Shown one piece after another: positions 38,026 to 47,735 of a DNA stretch of 64,000 bases. The stretch spans positions 160,767-224,766 of the forward strand of contig CAWHJF010000021.1 in NCBI GenBank assembly GCA_963829575.1. The letters run 5' to 3'. Under the pieces are notes generated by a model. The model had not been told where the DNA came from, made no database searches, and saw only the letters and a program-made list of their open reading frames with translations. This DNA comes from an uncultured Sporolactobacillaceae bacterium. Lineage in GTDB: Bacteria; Bacillota; Bacilli; Bacillales; Sporolactobacillaceae. Made by a program: the position numbers and the translations under genes. Numbering within the stretch: the first letter of the stretch is position 1; each line of letters begins with the position of its first letter.

Positions 38026-39452
38026 TGACTATTTGGAGGCGTTTCATAGAAGTCGTTAGTTTTAAGAAAGTTAGAAATACTCTTATGGCTCATTTCACCT
38101 TCTGGTATGTCATCCATCTATTTATAACCATGTTCATAATTGGGATGATCATCCTTGTGGCAGCTAGCTATTTTTTAATCAATAATATTAAAAAAGATAC
38201 ACGCGTCCTAGAACAGCAACTCCTCGATGCCTCACAAGAACAACAGGTGGATTGGACGGAGGCAATCGATAATCTTCTCTATCCTAACTACAGTAATTAT
38301 TATGTGAAAGTTACAGATTCTAAAGGTAAGATGATTACAAGTTCACATGGGTGGGATCAAATATCTAATACCGATTACGACCAAATTAACAAAGCATGGC
38401 TCCTTTCATTGTTGTTTAACCACGGAAAAGGCGTATACTTCACCCGTTCCGCCCCTTGGGTAGAAAAAAATGGGAGCATCGGACACATTACCATCTACGC
38501 ACAACTTAACCCTATTTGGGATTTTTTACGATTCTTAATTGAAATTTTACTTACCGCAACCTTAATTGGCGTCCTGTTAGGCTCCATGTTTATTTTTTTC
38601 CGTACAAGAAGAAATTTGGAGCCCTTAAAGAACATTACGGACACAGTTAAGGATATTCAACAAGTGTCAGATTTCAAAAAACGGGTTCCCATACCTGATG
38701 GACCGAATGAATTAACCACCTTAGCCAATGCCTTTAATCGATTACTTCAAAAAATTGAAGGGCAAATAGAAAAGGAGCGTATGTTCGCATCAAATGCATC
38801 GCATGAATTACGGACGCCAATTACCGCCTTTAAAGGCCATCTTAACCTTTTAAAGCGTTGGGGAAAAAAAGATCCAAAGGTACTGGATCAATCCATCCAT
38901 GCTCTTGAGAGTGAAGGAAACCGAATGCAACGGTTAATCGATCAATTACTCAGACTCGCGCAAAGTGATTCCCCTTATATTGAGACGCGTCCAATCCTTT
39001 TAAATCAAGTCATCAAACAAGCCAACCAAGAATTATTAGAAAACCTAAAACCTTTACAAGTCATTCAGGTAAAGCGTGATGAAAATATTGAAATCGTTGG
39101 AAACTCAGACCAAATTAGACAAATCGCCATTATTTTCATCGAAAATGCGATTAAATTCACAGATAAGACAGGGGAAATTGAACTATCCATTTACGGAGAA
39201 GAAAACTGGGGCGTTTTTGAGATCCATGATTCTGGTATAGGTATACAAGAAGAAGATCTTCCTCATATCTTTGAGCGCTTCTATCGAATAGATAAAGCGC
39301 GTTCAAGACAAACAGGTGGAACAGGACTCGGACTTTCCATTGCAAAAGAAATGATTGATCAACACAAAGGTCACATTGAGGTTCAAAGTGCGTTTGGAGA
39401 AGGAACGACCTTTAAAGTTATGCTTCCCAAAGTAAATATGCCCAACTCCTAA
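38025..39452 (+). CDS. Sensor histidine kinase (2 TM, HAMP, HisKA, HATPase)
   Basis: H-box (SHELRTPITAFKGH), N box (NAIKFT) and G boxes (DSGIGI, GGTGLGLSIAKE) are present. There is a 1-nt overlap with the regulator gene. Confidence 0.9.
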   Translation: MTIWRRFIEVVSFKKVRNTLMAHFTFWYVIHLFITMFIIGMIILVAASYFLINNIKKDTRVLEQQLLDASQEQQVDWTEAIDNLLYPNYSNYYVKVTDSKGKMITSSHGWDQISNTDYDQINKAWLLSLLFNHGKGVYFTRSAPWVEKNGSIGHITIYAQLNPIWDFLRFLIEILLTATLIGVLLGSMFIFFRTRRNLEPLKNITDTVKDIQQVSDFKKRVPIPDGPNELTTLANAFNRLLQKIEGQIEKERMFASNASHELRTPITAFKGHLNLLKRWGKKDPKVLDQSIHALESEGNRMQRLIDQLLRLAQSDSPYIETRPILLNQVIKQANQELLENLKPLQVIQVKRDENIEIVGNSDQIRQIAIIFIENAIKFTDKTGEIELSIYGEENWGVFEIHDSGIGIQEEDLPHIFERFYRIDKARSRQTGGTGLGLSIAKEMIDQHKGHIEVQSAFGEGTTFKVMLPKVNMPNS

Positions 39453-39567
39453 GTTGAGTCTGGGCTTTTTAATATCCTTTTATTCACTATATTCACAGGG
39501 GGAAATTCAATTTTAAATAAAAGTAAAATATAAAACACCTGTAAATAAATATTAATTGGAGTATTAC

Positions 39568-39813
39568 TTAAAGTGACACCAATGACAAATACTCCAAATA
39601 ACCAACGTTAGCTATACCCAATAGATACGAAAACAAGCTTGTTTCCACGTTTCGCTTTTTCGAATGCTTCGTCTCCCACGGATACCAGTCCACTGAATTA
39701 TGAGCGTGCTGTAATAAATAAGGAGATTTTTCTTCGATTAGTCTATTGGGTACATTTTTATTAGTTGGCAAAGAACGTTGTTTCGTTTGAGTTCTTTTCA
39801 GTTTAAAGTCCAC
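39568..39813 (-). pseudogene. Third, more diverged orphan copy of the yyaL 5' end
   Basis: The minus strand reads [46 protein letters not shown], then (after a G-run frameshift) [25 protein letters not shown] 17-nt gap follows, then AGT ATT TGT CAT TGG TGT CAC (S-ICHWCH), after which homology ends. Confidence 0.8.
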
Positions 39814-39856
39814 CCAAAAAAGGCTATGTTCAGCAGTTGTTCAAGGTACTCATCAC

Positions 39857-40897
39857 CTATACTTCAGGAAGCAAGACAACCTTGCCTAGTTTTCCTGCTT
39901 TTTTAAAATAAATTTGAGCTTCCCTCGCTTTTTCTAAGGGAAAAGTACGATCGATTACTGGTTTGATTTTCCCTTCAGAAATAGCGTGAAGCATACGTTT
40001 AAACTCTTCCCTTGTGCCCAATACAGAGCCATAAAGAGTAATATGCTTTAAGTACAATGTTCTAAAATCAAGCTCTGTCTTCTGTCCGCCAGCAGATCCA
40101 GATGTGCAAAATTTCCCACCTCTCTTCAGTACCTGAAGGGAAGTTGAGAACAAAGCATCTCCTACAACATCTAATACCGAGTCAATCGGACCTTCATTCA
40201 CTTCTATTATTTCTTCAGCAAGTTTATTTGATTTATAAGACAATACATGGGTTGCTCCCAATTCCTTCATTTTTTCTTCCAAACCTAAGTCACCTACAAT
40301 AGCGATGACCTTAGCACCAAATACTTTTGAGGCAATTTGTACATTTAATGATCCAACACCACCATTTGCCCCAGTTACCATAACAGTCTCCCCAGGTTGA
40401 ACTTGAATTTGTTCTACCATATGCCATGCTGTTAAACCACTAACAGAAAAAACAGCACTTTCTATATAGTCGGACAGAGGCATATCAAAACAAAGGTGAG
40501 CTGGCCACACTACATATTCCGCATATCCACCATCATATTCTGAACCAATGAAGGACATATCTTCTGAAATATGTTCAAAACCAACATCTCCACTTGATGT
40601 AAATGGGAAAAGGACAACATTTTTTCCAATCATGGATTTAGCCACAGATTCCCCAACCTTTACGACGCTTCCTGTTATATCAGAGCCGGGTGTACGAGGA
40701 AATTGAACTCCTTCTGGTCGCCATCCAGACTTGGAACCAGTGCCATAAGCTCCTTCCCTCATCCAGATTTCTGTATTATTTATTGCACAAGCCTTTACTT
40801 TGATTAGCACTTCATTTTCTTTAGGTTCTGGTATAGCTTTTGTAACGATTTCTAATTTATCTACATCACCGTATCCCGTCACTTGGACAGCTTTCAT
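39857..40897 (-). CDS. Zinc-type alcohol dehydrogenase/quinone oxidoreductase (MDR superfamily)
   Basis: 346 aa with a GroES-like N-terminus and the Rossmann motif VTGANGGVGS. Confidence 0.85.
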   Translation of the reverse strand: MKAVQVTGYGDVDKLEIVTKAIPEPKENEVLIKVKACAINNTEIWMREGAYGTGSKSGWRPEGVQFPRTPGSDITGSVVKVGESVAKSMIGKNVVLFPFTSSGDVGFEHISEDMSFIGSEYDGGYAEYVVWPAHLCFDMPLSDYIESAVFSVSGLTAWHMVEQIQVQPGETVMVTGANGGVGSLNVQIASKVFGAKVIAIVGDLGLEEKMKELGATHVLSYKSNKLAEEIIEVNEGPIDSVLDVVGDALFSTSLQVLKRGGKFCTSGSAGGQKTELDFRTLYLKHITLYGSVLGTREEFKRMLHAISEGKIKPVIDRTFPLEKAREAQIYFKKAGKLGKVVLLPEV

Positions 40898-41306
40898 AAG
40901 TTGATCGCCTCTCTTTTTTTGGATCGTTAAGTGTTTAGTATTATATGTGTGCTCTTAGTTTCGTCAAAATAACTTCCCAGTTAAATGAAAAATTTCATGA
41001 CCTCACAGATCTTTAGATATAAATCATAACAAAAAATAATGAATTTGACATGGAAAGAGGGAAACGACATGTATCTATATACAGCTTAGTTAAGTCATAC
41101 TCGTTGAAAATGGTTTCTGCGCATTATAAATTAAATACATTGTAAAATTTACATTAAATAGGAACATTGTTGTTCTTGGTTCCATGCCCTTGATTTTGTT
41201 AGATCGCTCTTTTGATTCTTGTCCTCAGTTACAGCTAATCCTATTAGAAAAAAGTCTACCTTTTCTTATGTTAAGGTGGAGTCCACTCTTATGTAAAAGT
41301 CACCTT

Positions 41307-41864
41307 TTATTTCACTATTTTTACGATAATTAAACGAGCGACCGATGTGGATACCATATAAAACAAAAAAGAATAAATAAATTTCCAATCATATAATTTA
41401 TAATAGCCAATCCAAACAAACATGGGTTCTGCTGCAAAAGCAAGAAAACATGCCGTAATCAAATTTGAAATTAAGAAGATTCTCAGCGAAGATAAAGAAA
41501 AGAATTGGTAACCAATCATGAAGACAATCGGTACTAAAATGGAGTCTGCAGTTAGTAATGGAGGAACAATTGGAATCATCTTTATTGGATAACTCCACCA
41601 AGATAAATTTGTCCCAATATCATCAAGAATAACAGCCATAATATTAATCATACACCCATAAAAGGCAATCTCATAGGCTCTACTTTTATCGAGAACCTTC
41701 CACCATATGAATAATGGAATAATGGTTAAGCCAACAAGGAGCCACCATTCCCAGGTTAAAAAAGTTGCATGGAGCCACTGACTTACATCAAGTCTATGTA
41801 ATTCCGCCCTCACTTGTTGCGCTTTTAGAAAGGTTTTTGTGACATGGTTCGTGTTGATTAGCAT
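41307..41864 (-). CDS. Polytopic membrane protein (possibly CBO0543-like), unknown function
   Basis: 185-aa hydrophobic, Trp-rich ORF. The family name is recalled from memory only. Confidence 0.5.
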   Translation of the reverse strand: MLINTNHVTKTFLKAQQVRAELHRLDVSQWLHATFLTWEWWLLVGLTIIPLFIWWKVLDKSRAYEIAFYGCMINIMAVILDDIGTNLSWWSYPIKMIPIVPPLLTADSILVPIVFMIGYQFFSLSSLRIFLISNLITACFLAFAAEPMFVWIGYYKLYDWKFIYSFLFYMVSTSVARLIIVKIVK

Positions 41865-41952
41865 CTCTCATCCATTCCTTATGGTTTTCGTTAGATTTCA
41901 AAAGGATTTGCTCAATCACAGGTTAGATCCACTTCATAAGAATCAATCTCTG

Positions 41953-42417
41953 TTATGACCTCTTAATCTTCGCAACGCCTAAGGCAAAGTGATTGAAAAG
42001 GACATTTTCTACAAATTCAGTTTGCGCCTCTTCACAGTCAATTATTAAAATGACCTCAGAATGTTTCCCTTTCATTAGCTTTTTTCTTTTCTTATAGATT
42101 TTCTCAATGAAAAGTCTAATTACGAAACCTAAGGCAAAGCCAACAATAGCACCAATTATTCCCCAATAAATAGGTCCCCATGATAATTCAAATCCAATAC
42201 TTGCTCCAATGACAGAAAGGGCAGTTCCAAGCACCATACCTATATCGATTAAAGAGGTCCCATCCGAACGATGATGCGTATCGAATAGTTTCCGGTCTTC
42301 CTTTCGATTATCTAATGGAATAGCAAATATGTTGTCTTGAGAAAATCCCTTTTTCTCTATCGCCATTTCCAAAAAGATATGATTTTCAAATGTGGAAAAT
42401 AGTTGCATATAAGTCAC
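41953..42417 (-). CDS. Hypothetical membrane protein (154 aa)
   Basis: The ORF has two central TM helices. ATGA overlap with the upstream small gene suggests an operon. Confidence 0.5.
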   Translation of the reverse strand: MTYMQLFSTFENHIFLEMAIEKKGFSQDNIFAIPLDNRKEDRKLFDTHHRSDGTSLIDIGMVLGTALSVIGASIGFELSWGPIYWGIIGAIVGFALGFVIRLFIEKIYKKRKKLMKGKHSEVILIIDCEEAQTEFVENVLFNHFALGVAKIKRS

Positions 42418-42735
42418 TCTACTTTCTGCCCCTTTAAGATCTGAAAGCTTGGTTCTTGATAGTTTTCTATCAAAAAACTTCTCTGTACCTTTTCATAGAG
42501 TTTATTATTTTCGACAGTATTTACAAAAGAATCAAAAATTGAAAACCCGTATAATGATGGAAAAAATAATAACCACTCGGGCTTTAAAACGGACGTTGCT
42601 TGTTGGATTTCTCCTAAAAATAGCAAACTCACCACTTCTAGTGTGTGTGAATAGTAAAAAAATATGACAGACCAAATAATAACAAAAAAAAGCAGTAACA
42701 ATCCTATGAATATAGAGTTGTCCTAGGCCAGGCAT
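42414..42735 (-). pseudogene. Small membrane protein (PGLGQLY N-terminal motif), split at a T8/A8 homopolymer
   Basis: ORF 42532..42735 (MPGLGQLYIHRIVTAFF..) and ORF 42414..42701 (..FFVIIWSVIFFYYSH..) join into one roughly 106-aa ORF if the A8 run at 42683-42690 is shortened by 1 nt. Confidence 0.6.
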
Positions 42736-42889
42736 TAAAACTTAATTACTTGCGATTAATAGCAGAATTTTGTTGATTTCCCTCAAAAAAATACCCAATA
42801 ATGACTGAACTGTCATTATTGGGTATTAAAGAAATTAAACAGGAAAAAATATGCATTTTAACTTTATGGAGCCGATGACGATGCACCGA

Positions 42890-43833
42890 TCATTTAACTT
42901 TGATCACTATTTTCCCTTTGGCATGATGTGTTTCACTTAATGCATGTGCTTCTTGTAACTCTTCTGCTGAAAAGTCAAATACATGTCCCACTTGTGGCTT
43001 GATAATTTCTTTCTCAAGTAAGTCGCCTATTTCACTTAACTGTTTACCATTTGGCGTTAACCAATAGGAGCTTGCCGTTACTTGATGCTTTTCTGCCAAT
43101 TCTGGATCGGGTTGTCCGGCAATCGTGACCAGTCTGCCACCAGGTTTTAGTACTTGGAAGCTTTTATTTAAGATGTCACCGCCCATTGTATCAATGACCA
43201 CATCATAATCACTTAATTCTTCTTCAAATTGTTGTGTGCGGTAATTAATAAATTGATCTGCACCTAGCTCTTTAACATAAGCTTCATTTTTATCACTTGC
43301 TGTTGTCGCGACATAGGCACCCAAATGTTTCGCCATTTGAATAGCTAAACTTCCTACACCACCCGCTCCAGCATGAATAAGGACTTTATCTCCTTGCTTG
43401 ACTTTTGTGTGATCCACTAGACATTGCCAAGCGGTTAAACCTGCTAATGGAATAGAGGCTGCTTCTTCAAAGTCAGGTTACTTGGTTTTTTCGCAAGCAA
43501 TTCCTCTTCCACAGCCACAAATTCCGCATAAGTCCCTTCAGCGGTAGTTGCCGGTCGTGCAAAAATTTCATCCCCGACTTGAAAATTCTTTACTTCACTT
43601 CCGACCTCCACGATCTTGCCCGCAACATCCCAGCCAAGGATAATTGGGAATGACCAATCCAGCATCTGCTTCAAGTAACCCGCACGAAGCTTCCAATCAA
43701 TCGGATTAATGGAGGTTGCATAAACCTCAACAAGGACTTGGTTTGCTTTAATTTTGGGTTTCGGTTGTTCCTGTTCTACTAACACATCTTTATTACCATA
43801 TTCATTGATGACAACTGCACGCATGACTAGCAC
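42890..43833 (-). pseudogene. NADPH:quinone oxidoreductase (MDR family), split by a 1-nt deletion
   Basis: ORF 43444..43833 ends ..KKPSNLTLKKQPLFH*. The next frame reads FEEAASIPLAGLTAWQCLVDHTKVKQGDKVLIHAGAGGVG and continues into ORF 42890..43417. The break is at the A3 run 43469-43471. Confidence 0.8.
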
Positions 43834-44169
43834 TCCCTTTTACTTTTGCGAAATATATTTGCACGTTCTATTATTAGTATCTTACTAATAAGTCATTCCT
43901 TCTCTTCAGTGCATGAGAAAAGTCATACTTATAATTCTTCATTTATCTATCAATTTGAGACAAATTATATTTTAGCTTCTAATAGCTTGTAATCCAAATC
44001 ATCTGCTTATGAGTTGTAAATTATGAAGCAAATATCCGTCTCTTTGATAAAAGAAATTTATTTTCCAACGAACTTTTTCTGCTTTCTCATTTCGAATCAA
44101 GTGTTCACCTTTACTAAAATGTAACTATTTATCATGTTTTGAAGCGATGATGAAAATTATTAGAAGGTT

Positions 44170-44345
44170 ATTTATAAACATGGCACCCATGACCTGTGCG
44201 TTAGTATATCCAACAGATACGAAACCGGGCTCGTTTTCAAGTTTTCGCTTTTTCAAAAGCTTCCTCTCCGTAAGGAAACCCTTCCACAGGGTTATATGTG
44301 TGTTGGCGTATGTAAGATGACTTCTCAGCGTTTAAAATTAGTTGG
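44170..44345 (-). pseudogene. Fourth, strongly decayed yyaL 5' fragment
   Basis: The minus strand reads ..[30 protein letters not shown], then (shifted) ENEPGFVSVGYTNAQVMGAM. It is recognisably the [31 protein letters not shown] segment. Confidence 0.6.
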
Positions 44346-44806
44346 CATTGGATCACCTTCTTTATTTTTAATCAATTCCATTGTTATGTTTACCTTAAAA
44401 AAGAAAAACACTAATAAATCAGCTCCACGATTTAAACAAAAATACTAATGGATGGTACATGTTTTTTCATCGTTGGATTGGGAGGAATCCAACGGTATTC
44501 CTTTTATTCTCGATCTTTTTAAAGTCGTTGCCAAGTCTCTTCAATTTAAATCAACACCCTATTTTTCAATTATCTTCCATAAATGTCAATAGGATCTGGA
44601 TTTTTCGTACATAACCTTCTGCCTTTTTGGTCATATTAAGTATCGAAAGGCGCAAGTGCATTAGACAGTCGGATCTTAAAGGGAGATGGTTGCGTTGAAC
44701 AAGTCACTTGAAAAAGTCACTGGTCACCAATAAAACCATAAACTTCTAGAAAGAAGGGTCTCTGAAAGATACTAACCGAACGTCCACAGAAGCTTAACCC
44801 TTTCAT

Positions 44807-44839
44807 GGGGTTCTATCCTTGCGATAGAGCCCCTTTTTT
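44807..44839 (+). terminator. Strong orphan intrinsic terminator on the plus strand
   Basis: GGGGTTCTATC-CTTGC-GATAGAGCCCC followed by TTTTTT. No annotated plus-strand gene lies upstream. Confidence 0.6.
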
Positions 44840-44942
44840 ATGATCTTTATTTAACTGGTCAAAATTGAAATCCTGCTGAACGCATGCCCTTTTATATATT
44901 TATAATTGAATAGTATAGAAAAAGAAGAAGCGGGAATGAGAT

Positions 44943-46118
44943 TTAATGCTCTTCCCCTGCTTCTTTTTTTACTTTGTTCCATATAATCTTAAAGATTGTT
45001 TTATCCTCATTCGACTGTACTGAAATTACAGCATCATGTTTTTCTACAATCTGTTTTACAACGGCCAAACCTAGGCCTGTACCTAAATTCTTTGTTGTTA
45101 CAAATGGTTCAAATATATTTTCCACTAAATGTGCAGGTATCATTTTACCATTATTTGAAATTTCAACTTCAACCTTATCCTTTACTGCTTTTAATTCAAT
45201 TTCAATCTTTCGGTTTTCATTTTGTTCTGTAAGTTCCTCTACTGCGTTATTTAGAATGTTTAATAAAATTTGTTTAATTTGTTCTTCTACGGCATAAATA
45301 TAACATTCTTCTTGAATCGATGACCGCACTTCAATTTTTTCATCCACAAAACGCGGATACATAAACTCCACCATCATTGTTGCGACCTTCGAAAGATCAA
45401 ATCTCTTCATTTCATCATCTAAACCTTTTGTTTTCGATAAAAATAAAAATCTAGATACCTTATCTTGTAAACTTATCATTTCTTGATCAAGTACACTAAA
45501 ATAAAAATTACTTTCCTGATCATCTTTATACTTTTCCTCAAGTAAAGAAATAAACCCTTTAATAGATGTTAAGGGATTTCTAAATTCATGAGCAAAGCTT
45601 GCGGCAATTTGCCCTAAAATTGTTAATCGATCATGATGCATTTCCTTAATAAATTTGCTCTTTTCTGATATGATAGAATCCTTTAAATTTGTATACTCTT
45701 TTACTGCATAGTAAACGTAAGAATCAAACATTTGATTGACAACCATAATTGCTAACAGCTTGTCCTCTTCAACCAAATCATCTGATTCCACAATAATCCC
45801 AATAACAATCGAACAACCAATATTAATATTTTGCACAAATTCACTAATATTTATATTGGCTTCTATTCTTTCTCTAGCAATTTTCTTTGTTAATTCAATA
45901 ATCGGTGCAACCTCTTTGGTTTCCATGTACATATCTATTAAATGGATCGTGCGTTTCCCATTTTCTATTATTTCATCATAAAATGGATCTTGTTTAGATA
46001 TCTTTGCCGTTTCTAACCATTTATCTAATATTTTTTCTTCTACCTTTTTCAAAAACATTGAAAACAGATTGACAAATGACTTATTAAAATTTATATCAAT
46101 GATCAAAGGAATCACCAT
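44943..46118 (-). CDS. Cytoplasmic sensor histidine kinase (sporulation-kinase-like H-box)
   Basis: H-box (ASFAHEFRNPLTSIKGF), N box (LNILNNAVE) and G box (GTGLGLAVVKQIVE) are present, with no TM segments. The probable start is ATG 46058 (MFLKKVEEKIL). Confidence 0.8.
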   Translation of the reverse strand: MVIPLIIDINFNKSFVNLFSMFLKKVEEKILDKWLETAKISKQDPFYDEIIENGKRTIHLIDMYMETKEVAPIIELTKKIARERIEANINISEFVQNINIGCSIVIGIIVESDDLVEEDKLLAIMVVNQMFDSYVYYAVKEYTNLKDSIISEKSKFIKEMHHDRLTILGQIAASFAHEFRNPLTSIKGFISLLEEKYKDDQESNFYFSVLDQEMISLQDKVSRFLFLSKTKGLDDEMKRFDLSKVATMMVEFMYPRFVDEKIEVRSSIQEECYIYAVEEQIKQILLNILNNAVEELTEQNENRKIEIELKAVKDKVEVEISNNGKMIPAHLVENIFEPFVTTKNLGTGLGLAVVKQIVEKHDAVISVQSNEDKTIFKIIWNKVKKEAGEEH

Positions 46119-46810
46119 CTTTCCAAAACTATATTATCACAATTTCAATGACCTCTTAATGTTTTTTTGTAATAGTAAAAATTTATATAACTAATTAAGA
46201 CTTTCAAACCGTTGAACGGCTTTTTATTTTCACTAAATTCACATGATAAGATCCTTATTAAATTTAACAACCACTAAGAAAACAAAAGCCGACACATATT
46301 CTCCCGTTTTTGTTTAGTATAGAATTGTATAGAAAAGGCGGTTGCCCCCACCCTCAAGCCTATGTATAGAAAAATGTTATTATTTTTGAAGCTGTGAAGC
46401 TTACAAGACCTATTACAATTAAAACTTAATGAAACTAAATAAATTCAAATGAATTCATTAGAAATCGTTCATCTACTATAGCTCGATCAAAAAAAGAGCT
46501 CAAATGAATGAACTCTTATGCGGGTGTTTTATTATTTCAAGTAGCGAGACGCACTTGACATGAGTTGTGAGTTCTTCGCAGACACATTGATATAATGGTG
46601 TTTGCCTTTATTGTATATCTAACAATCGTGCCCAATTGTAGAAGTTATCCATAATCAATACTTTTGTACGGGAGAATAAAGGTGTACACAGATTCTTTCA
46701 TTGCACGCCACCTAAACTAAAAAATGGACGATACCTTTGCTTTAGACTTGTCCCTAAAAGCATCAAAACGCTTTTGATCACCCACAATGGCTGCTGTACC
46801 CATTTCAGAT

Positions 46811-46847
46811 CAAAAAAAATCCCCCCTCTTTCAATTAGTGGGGAGAT
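46811..46847 (-). terminator. Terminator downstream of the larE-like gene
   Basis: The minus strand reads ATCTCCCC-loop-GGGGGGAT followed by TTTTTTT. Confidence 0.55.
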
Positions 46848-46880
46848 CAGCTCATGTAAGTTAAAATAAAAGTGTAACAA

Positions 46881-47714
46881 CTAGAACGAGTTCTCTGGCA
46901 AGTGATTCATACTTCCTGATTTAAAACCGTTTAAATCTAAAGTGACATACTTATACCCTAATTTTTGAAGGGTCTTTGTAATGTCTTCGTGATTTTCTAA
47001 AACCACAGACAGATCTTTTGGCTCAACTTCAATTCGTGCAATCTCTCCGTGAGTCCGGACACGATATTGTCTGATTCCCAATGCCTTTAAGTAAGCTTCT
47101 GATTGTTCAACTTTAGTTAATTTTTCCCGAGTAATTTCTTCTCCATAAGCAATTCGAGAGGATAAACAAGCGAAGGATGGTTTATTCCATGTTGGCAAAT
47201 CCAAGGATTTTGAAAGTTCACGAATCTCTTCTTTAAATAATTTCGCCTCTTGCAAGGGGCCTCTTACTCCAGCTTCCTTTGCAGCTTTAATACCTGGGCG
47301 AAAATCACTCGAATCATCTGCGATTAATCCGTAAACCACATTCTTAAATCCTACCTCTTTCATAATAGGAAGAACTTCTTCGAATAACCCTTTCTTGCAG
47401 AAATAGCAACGACTCGTATTATTTTGCGTATACCCTGGAATGGCAAGCTCTGATGTTTCAATGACTCTATGCGACGCTCCAATAAGAGCAGCCAGGTCCT
47501 TGGCCTCTTTTAACTCACTGGACGGATAGCTTTCAGAGTCAGCCGTTACCGCTAGCACATTTTCAGAGCCTAGCACATCGAGTGCTACTTTTAATAAAAA
47601 AGTACTATCTACCCCACCTGAAAAGGCAACCACAACGTTACCCATGTCTTGAAGAATCTTTTCTAATTGCCGATATTTTTCTTGAAGCATAAGGTCCCTC
47701 CTTTCATCATTCAT
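46881..47714 (-). CDS. larE: PP-loop ATP-utilising enzyme of the LarE (sacrificial sulfur transferase) family
   Basis: It has the PP-loop VAFSGGVDSTFLL and the conserved Cys region SFACLSSRI. 277 aa. No larA/B/C genes are nearby. Confidence 0.65.
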   Translation of the reverse strand: MNDERRDLMLQEKYRQLEKILQDMGNVVVAFSGGVDSTFLLKVALDVLGSENVLAVTADSESYPSSELKEAKDLAALIGASHRVIETSELAIPGYTQNNTSRCYFCKKGLFEEVLPIMKEVGFKNVVYGLIADDSSDFRPGIKAAKEAGVRGPLQEAKLFKEEIRELSKSLDLPTWNKPSFACLSSRIAYGEEITREKLTKVEQSEAYLKALGIRQYRVRTHGEIARIEVEPKDLSVVLENHEDITKTLQKLGYKYVTLDLNGFKSGSMNHLPENSF

Positions 47715-47735
47715 TCAGACTACTATTCCGTCAGT

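Noticed and set aside
23600-44345. Prophage or ICE annotation of the islands
   Set aside because: No integrase, terminase, capsid, tail, relaxase or conjugation genes are present. Only cargo-type genes remain, so I describe them as decayed islands rather than as a mobile element feature.
46698-46880. 60-aa ORF directly downstream of the larE-like gene
   Set aside because: It overlaps the larE terminator hairpin (46811-46847), has no RBS and has odd composition. It is probably non-coding.
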